A program made the translations under genes and the position numbers. A stretch of 64,000 nt of DNA, taken from the NCBI GenBank assembly GCA_037189525.1, contig JBBCJC010000002.1, positions 32,001 through 96,000 on the forward strand, written 5' to 3'. Shown here piece after piece: positions 1 through 9,780 of this stretch. The stretch comes from Gemmatimonadales bacterium. Its GTDB lineage: Bacteria; Gemmatimonadota; Gemmatimonadetes; Gemmatimonadales; GWC2-71-9. The stretch's first letter is position 1. Every line of letters begins with the position of its first letter. The notes beneath the pieces are model-generated. The model had not been told where the DNA came from. It saw only the letters and a list, made by a program, of their open reading frames with translations, and did no database searches.

Positions 1-667
1 GAATGAAGGTCAGCAGACAGCCCGCAATCACCCCGGGCATCGAAAGCGGCAGCACGACGTGAAAGAACCGGGCCGCCGGACTCGCGCCCAGCGTTTCAGC
101 AGCCTCGAGCAGCGTATCGTCGAGCTTTTCCAGCGAGGCGTAGATCGGCAGGACCATGAGCGGCAGGAAGCCGTAGACCAGCCCCGCCAGCACGGCTCCG
201 GGTGTGTACAGGAGCGTCAGCGGCGTGTCGATCACACCAAGCGACAGCAGCACACCATTGATGAAGCCGGTGTCGCGCAACAGAAAAATCATCGCGAACA
301 TCCGGACCAGAAAGCTGGTCCAGAAGGGCAGGATGACGAGAAAGAGCAGCAGCCGGCGCCATCGGATTGCCCGCGCAATCACGAAGGCAATCGGATACCC
401 GATCAGCAGCGACACGACGGTGCAGATCAAAGCCCACCAGATGGTCCGCCCGACGATACCGAGATAGAGCGGATCGACGAAGCGCCGATAGTGCTCCAGG
501 GTAAAACCGGGTTCGACACCGCCGTAGAGACCGCGCTCCATCAGACTGAAGCCGACGATCAGAACGAGCGGCACCGCAAAGAAGATGGCCAGCCAGAGCA
601 GGCCCGGTGTCGCCAGCAACGGACCGACTCGTTCGGGCCGGCGGGAAAGGCGCCCGAACAGCGTCAC
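1..667 (-). CDS. potB: Spermidine/putrescine-type ABC transporter permease (3' end runs off window)
   Basis: Not in the ORF track; translated by hand. GTG start overlaps the ATPase TGA (GTGA). Hydrophobic helices, 'LPFWTSFLVR' and EAA loop 'LLEAAETLGASPAARFFHVVLPLSMPG' are typical of PotB. Confidence 0.85.
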   Translation of the reverse strand, partial: MTLFGRLSRRPERVGPLLATPGLLWLAIFFAVPLVLIVGFSLMERGLYGGVEPGFTLEHYRRFVDPLYLGIVGRTIWWALICTVVSLLIGYPIAFVIARAIRWRRLLLFLVILPFWTSFLVRMFAMIFLLRDTGFINGVLLSLGVIDTPLTLLYTPGAVLAGLVYGFLPLMVLPIYASLEKLDDTLLEAAETLGASPAARFFHVVLPLSMPGVIAGCLLTFI

Positions 668-1794
668 GCCGTGGACTCCAGCACCTGGCAATCGTCGGGA
701 CGCCAGGCCACCGCCACCCGTTGCCCCCGTTGCCAGGGAATTGGATTGCCCAGCTGGCCTTCGTTGCGGAGCGCGACCCGGACCGGTCGCCCGCCCTCCA
801 GTGCCACCAGCACGTGGATCGTCTCGCCCAGATAGATCACCTCGGCGATGGTGCCGAGCAGGCGGTTCTCGCCCGGGGGCACGGCATCGGGCGGGAAGAG
901 ATCCATCCATTCCGGACGCACGGCGATCTCGATGGTATCACCCGGGCGCGCGTTGGCCGGTACCGGAACGATGAACGCGCCTTCGGAGCCCTCGACCTCG
1001 GCGCCGGCGCCGTTGAGCTGCCGGATCGCGCCCCGAACGAAGTTGGATTCGCCGATGAATGAGGCCACGAACGCGGTTCGCGGATTCTCGTAGACCTCCG
1101 CCGGCGTTCCCAACTGGGCCACCCGGGCGTGGTCCATCACCGCGATCCGATCGGACATCGCCAGCGCCTCTTCCTGGTCATGGGTCACGTAGACGAACGT
1201 GATGCCCAGCGAGCGATTGAGGGCTTTGAGTTCGAGTTGCATCTCTTTGCGCAGCTTGAGATCGAGCGCGCCGAGCGGCTCGTCGAGCAGCAGGATCCGA
1301 GGCTCGAGCACGAGCGCCCGGGCCAGCGCCACCCGCTGCCGCTGGCCGCCCGACAGCTCGGCCGGCCGGCGGCGGCGGTACCGTACCGGGTCGAGCCGGA
1401 CCAGCTCGAGCGCCCGTCCGACCCGTTCGGCAATCGTGGCCGCGGCGACCTTCTGCTGGGTCAATCCGAAGCCGACGTTGCGTTCGACATCGAGATGCGG
1501 AAAGAGGGCGTAGGTCTGGAAGACCATCCCGATGCCGCGCTGATACGGGCGAAGGTCCGCAACCGAGCGGCCGGCAATCCGGATGTCACCGCCGCCCTGG
1601 TCGGGGGTTTCGAGCCCGGCAATCAGTCGGAGCGTCGTCGTCTTGCCGCAGCCCGAGGGACCCAGCATCGAAAAGAACTCGCCTTCTTCGATCCGGAGGT
1701 CGACCCCGTCGACGGCCGGGATGGCTCCATAGCTCTTGCGGACCCGGACGAGTTCGACCGCCGGTGGAGGGGAGGAGCCGGGCGCAATGGTCAC
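664..1794 (-). CDS. potA: Polyamine ABC transporter ATP-binding subunit
   Basis: Walker A GPSGCGKT, signature LSGGQRQR, Walker B LLLDEP, 'YVTHDQEEA', C-terminal TOBE-like region. Start chosen at GTG 1794 (uncertain). Confidence 0.88.
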   Translation of the reverse strand: MTIAPGSSPPPAVELVRVRKSYGAIPAVDGVDLRIEEGEFFSMLGPSGCGKTTTLRLIAGLETPDQGGGDIRIAGRSVADLRPYQRGIGMVFQTYALFPHLDVERNVGFGLTQQKVAAATIAERVGRALELVRLDPVRYRRRRPAELSGGQRQRVALARALVLEPRILLLDEPLGALDLKLRKEMQLELKALNRSLGITFVYVTHDQEEALAMSDRIAVMDHARVAQLGTPAEVYENPRTAFVASFIGESNFVRGAIRQLNGAGAEVEGSEGAFIVPVPANARPGDTIEIAVRPEWMDLFPPDAVPPGENRLLGTIAEVIYLGETIHVLVALEGGRPVRVALRNEGQLGNPIPWQRGQRVAVAWRPDDCQVLESTA

Positions 1795-1889
1795 AGGCAA
1801 TGGACGCTCATCTGCACGGAGTCGAACGGGGTATCCAATCCAAGATCCGAAGTGTACGTTCCCGACTATCAGCCGCAAGCGCCAGCGTC

Positions 1890-3341
1890 ATGTATTTCCC
1901 GTCCCCCGAAGCGCTGCTCACCATGGGTCACATCGCCGGCGCGGCGCTGGTGACGGGGCATGTGCTGCTCACCAAGAAAGAGGTGCGTGCCGCCATCGGG
2001 TGGACCGGTCTGGCCTGGCTGGCGCCGATGGTCGGGCCGATCATCTACCTCTTTTTCGGCATCAACCGGATCCACCGCGCAGCAGGCCGGATTCGTGAAG
2101 CCCGCGATCTCCACACCGCCGAGCGGCGCGCCATGGTGCTGTCACCGGGCGGCCGCGCCGTGCCGGCTCCGCTCCGCGCACCGGTACCGGCCCCGTGGCA
2201 ACCCCTGGCGACCCTCACCGGCAACCTGGCGCCCGAGTCCCTGGTTGCCGGCAACGACATTGCAGCACTGGAGGATGGCGACCAGGCCTATCCCGCCATG
2301 CTCGCGGCGATCGACCAGGCGGAGCGAAGCATCGGGCTCGCCACTTACATCTTCGACCGCGGCCAGATCGGCGGCCGCTTCGTCGACGCGCTGGCGCGGG
2401 CGCACGAGCGCGGGGTCGACGTGCGGGTCCTGATCGACGGCGTGGGCGCCCGATACAGCCGACCCTCGATCGTCAAAGACCTCCGGCGCCGAGGCATCCG
2501 GGTCGCGCAGTTCCTGCCGCCGCTCCTCCCGCTGCCGAATCCGTACTTCAATTTGCGCAGCCACCGGAAGATCCTGACGATCGATGGCCGGGTCGGGTTT
2601 TCCGGCGGCATGAATATTCGCGACGCCTGCGTACTGGCCCTTCCTTCCGCGATGCCGACCCGGGATCTCCACTTCCGGCTGCAGGGTCCGATCGTGCATC
2701 AGCTCCAGGAAACTTTCACCTTCGACTGGCGTTTCACCACCGGCGAGCGGCTCGACGGCGCCGCCTGGTTCCCCGCATTGGAGGAACGGGGCAGCATCCT
2801 GGCACGGGGCCTGGCCACCGGCCCCGACGAGTCGGGGGACGCCCTGCTGCTCACGCTGCTTGGCGCGCTGGCGCAGGCCCGTCACCGCATCCGGATCGTC
2901 ACCCCGTACTTTCTGCCGGACACCGCCATTCTCGACGCGCTGCAAGTCGCAGCGCTCCGCGGCGTCGACGTCGAAATCCTGCTACCGGAACGCAGCAACC
3001 TCCGGCTGGTCCAATGGGCGCAGGGTGCCCAGCTGCTCCGGGTCATCGAAGGGGGCTGTCGGGTGCTGCTGACCCCTGCCCCGTTCGATCATTCCAAGCT
3101 GATGGTGGTCGATGGCGGCTGGACTCTGATCGGATCGGCCAACTGGGACCCGCGGTCGCTGCGCCTCAATTTCGAGCAGGTGGTCGAGTGCTATTGCGAG
3201 CGCTTTGCCGCCGAGGCCGAGCGCATCGTCGCCGGGAAGCGAGCCGGCGCCCGGCATCTCGAAGCGGCGGAGATCCGGCAGCGCCCGCTGCCGATCCGGC
3301 TCCGGGACGGCGTTGCCTGGCTGGCACAACCGTACCTCTGA
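1890..3341 (+). CDS. cls: Cardiolipin synthase (phospholipase D family)
   Basis: Two HKD motifs (SHRKILTIDG, DHSKLMVVDG), N-terminal TM hairpin, 'TPYFLP', 'GSANWDPRS'. Confidence 0.88.
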   Translation: MYFPSPEALLTMGHIAGAALVTGHVLLTKKEVRAAIGWTGLAWLAPMVGPIIYLFFGINRIHRAAGRIREARDLHTAERRAMVLSPGGRAVPAPLRAPVPAPWQPLATLTGNLAPESLVAGNDIAALEDGDQAYPAMLAAIDQAERSIGLATYIFDRGQIGGRFVDALARAHERGVDVRVLIDGVGARYSRPSIVKDLRRRGIRVAQFLPPLLPLPNPYFNLRSHRKILTIDGRVGFSGGMNIRDACVLALPSAMPTRDLHFRLQGPIVHQLQETFTFDWRFTTGERLDGAAWFPALEERGSILARGLATGPDESGDALLLTLLGALAQARHRIRIVTPYFLPDTAILDALQVAALRGVDVEILLPERSNLRLVQWAQGAQLLRVIEGGCRVLLTPAPFDHSKLMVVDGGWTLIGSANWDPRSLRLNFEQVVECYCERFAAEAERIVAGKRAGARHLEAAEIRQRPLPIRLRDGVAWLAQPYL

Positions 3342-3346
3342 CCTGC

Positions 3347-5119
3347 CTAACGAGTCGAGCCGCCCGCCCAGAACCTGGATACGAGGCGAATCAGCCAGGT
3401 ACCGCTCACCAGCAGCACGACCCCCCAGAACAGCGCAGGTCCGGTCCGGCCGTAGAGCACGCTCCCGGTGCCGAACAGCGCCGCGTAGACTGCGGAGCAA
3501 CCGAGCACCCAGCCGAGCAATGCCTGGGGCAGGCTGTCGCTCGCGGCCGGCACACCCGCCTGCGCTCTGATCCGGGCCCATCCTGGGCCACCGGGACGCG
3601 TGGTGCGATAGAACTGCTCGAGGGTGGCATCGTCGACCGGTTTGGTCAGGAACGTGGCCAGCACCCAGACCACCGTGGTGATGACGACGGTGGTGATCAG
3701 TCCGATGTGCGGCGCGACACCATGCCCCGCCTTGGCGGCAAGGAAGAATGCCAGCGAGACCACGAACGAGCTGACCATCGCCGCAATTTCGCTCCAGGCA
3801 TTGATCCGCCACCAGAACCAGCGCAGCAGATAGAGCAATCCGGTACCCGCGCCGATCGACATCAGCAGTTCAAAGGTGGCTTTGGCTGAATCGAGCACCA
3901 GCGTAATCAGCGCGGCGACCACCATCAGCAGTGCGGTCGTCAGCCGGCTCACCGCGACATAGTGGCGTTCCGACTTGCCCGGCTGGAGGAAGCGTCGATA
4001 AAAGTCGTGGACCAGATACGAAGTGCCCCAGTTGAGCTGGGTCGTCAGGGTCGATACGTACGCAGCGAGCAGGCTCGCCACCATCAAACCGAGCACACCG
4101 GCCGGCAGAAAACGCAGCATGGCGGGATAGGCCATGTCATGGCCGAGCAGCTGCCGGTCGACGTGGGGAAAGACGCGAGCAATGTCGTCGAGCGTCGGAT
4201 AGACCAGAATCGAAGCCAGCGCGACCAGGATCCAGGGCCACGACCGGATGGCGTAATGCGCGAGGTTGAAGAACAACGTGCCGGCCAGCGCGTCCCGCTC
4301 GCTGCGCGACGCCAGGATCCGCTGCGCCACGTAGCTGCCACCGCCCGGCTCCGAACCGGGATACCAGACCGACCACCACTGCACCGTGAGCGGAATCACC
4401 AGCACGGTCAGTGTGAGGCTCCAGTCGCCGAAGTCGGGGAGGAAGCTGAGCGTCTTCGGGTCGAGCCTGGTCACCAGACCGGCCAGGCCGCCGACTTCGG
4501 GCTGCTGGAGCGCGTAGTAGGCCGCCGCGACAGCTCCAACCATCGCGATCCCGAACTGGATCATGTCCGTCACCATGACGCCCCAGAGCCCGGCGGTCGC
4601 GGCAAACAGGATGTTGATGATGGCGCAGATCAGGAGCGTCTGGCCGATCGGCCAGCCGAGCAGGATGTTGGCGATCTTGACGGCCGCGAGGTTGACCGAG
4701 GCCATGATGACGCAGTTGAAGAAGAGGCCCAGATAGACGGCGCGGAAGCCGCGCACCATGACGGCGGCCTTCCCGGCATACCGCATCTCGTAGAACTCGA
4801 GATCGGTCAGCATGCCCGAGCGGCGCCAGAGCTTGGCGTAGAAGAACACCGTCAGCATGCCGGTCAGCAGAAAGGCCCACCAGACCCAGTTCGCGGCGAC
4901 ACCGTTCTCGCGGACCAGATTGGTCACGAGGTTCGGCGTATCGGTGCTGAAGGTGGTGGCGACCATCGAGACGCCGATGAGCCACCAGGGCGCCGCCCGC
5001 CCGGAAGCGAAGAACTCGGTCGTATCGGACCCGCCCCGTCGAGCCAGCACCAGGGCCGGCAGGAACGCCACGACGACCGAGAGTGCGACAATGATCCAAT
5101 CGAGGGTCACGAGTTGCAT
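3347..5119 (-). CDS. Sodium:solute symporter (SSS family)
   Basis: About 13-14 hydrophobic segments; 'FFASGRAAPWW', 'SMVATTFSTDTP', 'GLWGVMVTD', 'YVAQRILAS'. Confidence 0.88.
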   Translation of the reverse strand: MQLVTLDWIIVALSVVVAFLPALVLARRGGSDTTEFFASGRAAPWWLIGVSMVATTFSTDTPNLVTNLVRENGVAANWVWWAFLLTGMLTVFFYAKLWRRSGMLTDLEFYEMRYAGKAAVMVRGFRAVYLGLFFNCVIMASVNLAAVKIANILLGWPIGQTLLICAIINILFAATAGLWGVMVTDMIQFGIAMVGAVAAAYYALQQPEVGGLAGLVTRLDPKTLSFLPDFGDWSLTLTVLVIPLTVQWWSVWYPGSEPGGGSYVAQRILASRSERDALAGTLFFNLAHYAIRSWPWILVALASILVYPTLDDIARVFPHVDRQLLGHDMAYPAMLRFLPAGVLGLMVASLLAAYVSTLTTQLNWGTSYLVHDFYRRFLQPGKSERHYVAVSRLTTALLMVVAALITLVLDSAKATFELLMSIGAGTGLLYLLRWFWWRINAWSEIAAMVSSFVVSLAFFLAAKAGHGVAPHIGLITTVVITTVVWVLATFLTKPVDDATLEQFYRTTRPGGPGWARIRAQAGVPAASDSLPQALLGWVLGCSAVYAALFGTGSVLYGRTGPALFWGVVLLVSGTWLIRLVSRFWAGGSTR

Positions 5120-5205
5120 GGGCCAGCGCTCCGATCCGAGTAAACGACCGAACCCGTCCGACTCCGCTGTGCCACCCGAGGTGGCCCAGGGCTACATTGT
5201 ACGAC

Positions 5206-5820
5206 ATGAATCAGGCGACCCGAGACCTCGCCGGCCGCTTCGAGCTCGAACTCGCCGGCGCGACCTCGACCCCGGTGGTACTGCGGGTGCTCGATACGCC
5301 GATCGGTCCGCTGGTGGCGGCAACCGTCGACCAGGGACTGGTCCTGCTCGAGTTCGGCAACGAGCAGCGGATCGATCGTCAGTTGAGTCTGATTACCCGC
5401 GATTTCGGACCGGCTCGGCTCGATCAGCATCCGATCATCGCCGCCACCGAGCGCGAACTGCGCGAGTATTTCGCCGGAACCCGCCAGCAATTCACCGTTC
5501 CGCTCGAAACCCGCGGCACGCCCTTCCAGGAACGAGTCTGGGCAGCGCTGATGACGATTCCCTACGGCACGACGACGGCCTACGCCGACATCGCCGACCG
5601 GCTCGGGATCAGCAACGGACAGCGCGCCGTCGGTCTGGCCAACGGACAGAATCGGATCTCGATCATCATCCCGTGCCACCGGGTCATCGAGCGAGCCGGC
5701 GGACTGCGCGGCTACGGGGGCGGCCTCGATCGCAAGAAGTTCCTGCTCGAACTCGAGGCCCGCCATTCGGACCCGCTCGCGGGCACGCCGCTCGGCGAGC
5801 AGGCGAGTCGTCCAGCCTAG
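5206..5820 (+). CDS. ogt: Methylated-DNA--protein-cysteine methyltransferase
   Basis: Active-site 'IIPCHRV', 'GTPFQERVW', 'IPYG', 'RAVGLAN', 'GYGGG'. Confidence 0.92.
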   Translation: MNQATRDLAGRFELELAGATSTPVVLRVLDTPIGPLVAATVDQGLVLLEFGNEQRIDRQLSLITRDFGPARLDQHPIIAATERELREYFAGTRQQFTVPLETRGTPFQERVWAALMTIPYGTTTAYADIADRLGISNGQRAVGLANGQNRISIIIPCHRVIERAGGLRGYGGGLDRKKFLLELEARHSDPLAGTPLGEQASRPA

Positions 5821-5841
5821 CCGACCCGCCTGCTGCGCTGA

Positions 5842-7194
5842 TTACTCGGCCGCGCTCAGCGCGCGATCGAAGACGTCGAGGGCAAAGTCGACGTCGGCCG
5901 ACGTGATGCACATCGGCGGCTTGATCCGGAGCACATTCCCGCCAAGGCCACCTTTCCCGACCAGCAGGCCCAGCTCCTTGGCCGCGTCCAGCACATCGAG
6001 CGTCTCCTGCGTAGCCGGCTCGCGGGTACCGCGGTCGCGCACGAGGTCGAGACCGAGCATGAGACCCTTGCCGCGCACCTCGCCGACCAGGCGATGGGTC
6101 GACACCAGCCGCTCGAGACCGGCCTTGAGCCTAGCGCCCTGGACCCGGGAGTTCTCCTGCAGACCGTCCTCGTCGATCACCTCCAGCACACCGAGCGCAG
6201 CCGCGGAGGATACCGGGTTGCCAGCAAAGGTATTGAGGTGGGTCCGCCGCGTCAGCGCCTGCGCGATCTCGGCCCGGGTGGTCACCGCGGCGATGGTCTG
6301 GCCGTTGCCGAGCCCCTTTGCCATGGTGACGATGTCCGGCACGACGCCGAAGCCCTCGAAGCCCCAGTAGTGCTCACCGGTGCGGCCGAAACCGGTCTGC
6401 ACCTCGTCAGCCACGCAGAGGCCGCCATGCTCCCGCACGGCCGCATAAGCCTCCTTGAAGTAATTCGGCGCCGCGGAGGTCACGCCGCCGACGCCCATGA
6501 TCGGTTCGCAGATGAAGGCGGCGATCTGTCCCGGCGTAGAGAAGCGGATCAGGTCGCGCAGCTCACGTACCGACTGGCTCGCGATCTCTTCCGGCGTGCC
6601 CTGGAAGAGGCTCCGGTACGGATCGGGATTGACGGTGTGGTGCACCCCGAAGCTCTGCGGTACCGGATGCTTCCAGGTGTGGTGCGACGTGAGCCCCGCG
6701 CTCGACGGCGAGCCGCCGTGATACGCGTTCCGCACCGCGACCACGTCGTAGTTACCCGTGTAGAGCCGCGCCATCGAGACGGCGAGGTCGTTGGCCTCGC
6801 TGCCGCTGTTGACGAAGTACGTGACGTCGAGCCCGGGCGGCATCTTCGACGCCAGCTTCTTGGCCAGCTGCGGCAGGTTCGGATGGAGATAGATCGTGGT
6901 CGTATGCTGGAGCGTGTCGACCTGATCCTTGATGCGCGCCGTGATCTTGGGATGGCAGTGGCCGCACGAGACGGTGACGATGCCCGCGAAGAAGTCGAGG
7001 TAGCGCTTGCCGGTCTCGTCCCAGACGTACTGCATGTGCCCCTCGACGACCATCAGGGGCTCACGGTAGAGCGTAAAGAGCGACGGGTGCAGGTACTGCT
7101 TCCGCATCGCCAGCACCTCGGCGCGCGAGGGTCCGTCATAGGGCCGCGGCCGGTGCGTGGTGGGCGGCAGGGTCAGCGGGGCAATGGCAGTCAT
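5842..7194 (-). CDS. Class III PLP aminotransferase (AGXT2 / beta-alanine-pyruvate transaminase-like)
   Basis: 'YLDFFAGIVTVSCGHCHP', 'NSGSEAND', 'ADEVQTGFGRTG', 'DIVTMAKGLGNG' (PLP Lys). Directly downstream of the MMSDH gene. Confidence 0.88.
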   Translation of the reverse strand: MTAIAPLTLPPTTHRPRPYDGPSRAEVLAMRKQYLHPSLFTLYREPLMVVEGHMQYVWDETGKRYLDFFAGIVTVSCGHCHPKITARIKDQVDTLQHTTTIYLHPNLPQLAKKLASKMPPGLDVTYFVNSGSEANDLAVSMARLYTGNYDVVAVRNAYHGGSPSSAGLTSHHTWKHPVPQSFGVHHTVNPDPYRSLFQGTPEEIASQSVRELRDLIRFSTPGQIAAFICEPIMGVGGVTSAAPNYFKEAYAAVREHGGLCVADEVQTGFGRTGEHYWGFEGFGVVPDIVTMAKGLGNGQTIAAVTTRAEIAQALTRRTHLNTFAGNPVSSAAALGVLEVIDEDGLQENSRVQGARLKAGLERLVSTHRLVGEVRGKGLMLGLDLVRDRGTREPATQETLDVLDAAKELGLLVGKGGLGGNVLRIKPPMCITSADVDFALDVFDRALSAAE

Positions 7195-7203
7195 GGTTAT
7201 CTC

Positions 7204-8658
7204 TCAGCTCATCCAGTTGGTTCCAGCTTCGCGATGCCACTTGATGGTCGTCTTCCGGCTCTTGGTCCAGAACTCGATCGAGCCATGGCCGGTGATGTCG
7301 CCGACGCCAAACTTCGATTCGTTCCAGCCGCCGAACGAAAACGGCTCGCGCGGCACCGGCACGCCGACGTTGACACCGATCATGCCGGCGTGGGCCTTCG
7401 AGGCCACATATTTGGCGACACCACCGCTCTCCGTGTAGATCGAGGCGGCATTCCCATAGGGCGAAGCGTTCTCGACATCGAGCGCCTCGTCGACATTCTT
7501 GGCCCGGACGATGGCGAGCACCGGCCCGAAGACCTCTTCCTGGGCAATCCGCATGTCCGGCGTGACACGGTCGAGCACCGTGGGGCCGACGTAGAAGCCC
7601 CCTTCTTTGCCCGGCACCGAGACACCGCGACCATCGAGCAGGACTTGCGCACCTGCCGCTTCGGCCTCGGCGATGTACGCTTCGATGCGCCGCTTGGCTT
7701 CGGCGGAAATGACCGGGCCGAGCGTCTTGCCCGGTACCAGCGACTTAGCGACCTCGACCATGCGGGCAATCACCGGATCGGTATCCGCGACGGCCACCAT
7801 GACCGACGCCGCCATGCAGCGCTGCCCGGCGCAACCCGCCATCGACGCGACGATGTTCCCGGCCGCCATTTCGCGATCCGCGTCCGGCATTACGATCAGA
7901 TGATTCTTGGCACCGCCCAGCGCCAGCACCCGCTTGAGGTTCGCGGAGCCGCGCCGGTAGACGATCTTGGCCACGGCCGTGCTGCCGACGAAGCTGATCG
8001 CCTCGATGTCGGGATGATCGCAAATGCCCTCGACCACCTCACGGCCGCCCTGCACCACATTGAACACCCCGGCCGGCAGACCCGCTTCGGCCAGCAGCTC
8101 CGCGGTCCGGAGCGCGGACAACGGCACCACCTCGGAAGGTTTGAGGATCATCACGTTGCCGAGCGCCAATGCGTTAGGCACCGTCCAGTGCGGTACCATG
8201 CTCGGAAAGTTGAACGGCGTAATCGACGCGACCACACCCAGCGGCCAGCGATCGATCCGGCAGTCGACCCCTCGGCTGACTTCGAGGATTTCACCCGAGG
8301 CCAGCTGCGGCAGCGAACAGGCAAACTCCACGCACTCGATGGCCCGTTCCACCTCGGCCTTGGCCTCGGCGAAGACCTTGCCGTTCTCTTCGACGATCAG
8401 CGCCGCGAGCGACTCGATATCCCGTTCGAGCAACGCCTTGTACCGGAAAAAGACCTGGACCCGGTCCTTGATGGGCGTCGCCGACCACTTCCGGAACGCG
8501 ACCTTGGCAGTCTGCACTGCGTGATCCAGTTCCGCCGCCGTCGACAGCGACACCTTGGAGATGACGGAACCGCTGCTGGGGTCGAGGACGTCGAGCAACG
8601 CCGCCGACGCGTCCGATGCCGCCCCACCGACATAATTTGTTATGACTGGGTATTTCAT
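7204..8658 (-). CDS. mmsA: CoA-acylating (methyl)malonate-semialdehyde dehydrogenase
   Basis: ALDH fold with 'ITPFNFP', 'SFVGST', 'GGAKNH', 'AGQRCMA' (catalytic Cys), 'GVNVGVPVP', which mark the MMSDH subfamily. Start MKYPVITN at 8658. Confidence 0.9.
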   Translation of the reverse strand: MKYPVITNYVGGAASDASAALLDVLDPSSGSVISKVSLSTAAELDHAVQTAKVAFRKWSATPIKDRVQVFFRYKALLERDIESLAALIVEENGKVFAEAKAEVERAIECVEFACSLPQLASGEILEVSRGVDCRIDRWPLGVVASITPFNFPSMVPHWTVPNALALGNVMILKPSEVVPLSALRTAELLAEAGLPAGVFNVVQGGREVVEGICDHPDIEAISFVGSTAVAKIVYRRGSANLKRVLALGGAKNHLIVMPDADREMAAGNIVASMAGCAGQRCMAASVMVAVADTDPVIARMVEVAKSLVPGKTLGPVISAEAKRRIEAYIAEAEAAGAQVLLDGRGVSVPGKEGGFYVGPTVLDRVTPDMRIAQEEVFGPVLAIVRAKNVDEALDVENASPYGNAASIYTESGGVAKYVASKAHAGMIGVNVGVPVPREPFSFGGWNESKFGVGDITGHGSIEFWTKSRKTTIKWHREAGTNWMS

Positions 8659-8734
8659 TTGCGCGGGAATGAGGAGATCTGTAATGTGCCTACCCTGAGC
8701 CTGGAATGCCAACGATGACCCACTTGGAGCACTC

Positions 8735-9502
8735 ATGACCAGCCCTTGGAACCTGGCCTCGTCGACCTGGGACGACGTCCGAGCGAATCGCTACGAGGTT
8801 GCGGTACTCCCATGGGGGGCCACCGAAGCCCATAATCACCACCTCCCCTACGCGACCGACACGATCCAGTCCGATGCCATTGCCTTCGAGGCGGCCCGGA
8901 AGGCCTGGGCCAAAGGCGGGCGGGCGGTGGTATTGCCGGCCATCCCGTTCGGGGTCCAGACCGGGCAGTTGGACATTCCGCTCTGTATCAATCTCAATCC
9001 GAGCACCCAGGCCATCATCCTGGGCGACATCATCCGGAGCCTCGAACCGCACGGGATTCGGAAACTGGTCATCCTGAACGGCCACGGTGGCAACGACTTC
9101 AAGCAGATCATCCGGGAACTCCAGGCCGAAACGGAAATCTTCCTGAGCCAGGTCAACTGGTATGCGGTGGCCGATGGGCGGCAGTTCTTCGATGAGCCGG
9201 GCGACCACGCCGGAGAGCTCGAGACGAGCGTGATGCTCTCGATTGCGCCAACTCTGGTCCGACCGCTCGAGACGGCCGGCCCCGGCGCCGCCCGACCCTT
9301 TCGGATTCGCGCCTTTCAGGAGAAATGGGCCTGGACACCGCGGGAATGGACCAAGGTGACGGACGACACCGGCGTCGGCGACCCCAAGGCTGCTACGGGC
9401 GACAAGGGCCGCCGATTCGCGGAAGCGGTCACCGATCGGCTGGCGGAATTTCTGGTCGACCTGACGGCGCTGCCGGACACGGAGCAGCTCTACCAACGCT
9501 GA
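8735..9502 (+). CDS. Creatininase family protein
   Basis: 'PWGATEAHNHHLPYATD', 'LNGHGGN', 'DHAGELETS', 'GVGDP'. Confidence 0.88.
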   Translation: MTSPWNLASSTWDDVRANRYEVAVLPWGATEAHNHHLPYATDTIQSDAIAFEAARKAWAKGGRAVVLPAIPFGVQTGQLDIPLCINLNPSTQAIILGDIIRSLEPHGIRKLVILNGHGGNDFKQIIRELQAETEIFLSQVNWYAVADGRQFFDEPGDHAGELETSVMLSIAPTLVRPLETAGPGAARPFRIRAFQEKWAWTPREWTKVTDDTGVGDPKAATGDKGRRFAEAVTDRLAEFLVDLTALPDTEQLYQR

Positions 9503-9780
9503 GGTGCGCAGCTGTCGAACCGCCCCGAGATATCGCTTGCTGCGCAATAACCGAGAATCCCGCCACCTCGCGAGCCGTGCCGCCGGCCGATCGGCCGAAT
9601 TCCGCACCGCCCGGCTCCGACTTCCCCGGTCGGAATCACCCGGTCCGCCCCACCCGGGCGACAGCGCTCAACGCAAGGACCCGTTCGTTCGTAGTAGAAT
9701 GCGTGATTGCGCCATAGTCCGAGTTTCCGCTCCGTTCATCGTCGTGGTACGTCCCGCTCGAGTCCCCTGGGAGACTCCCC

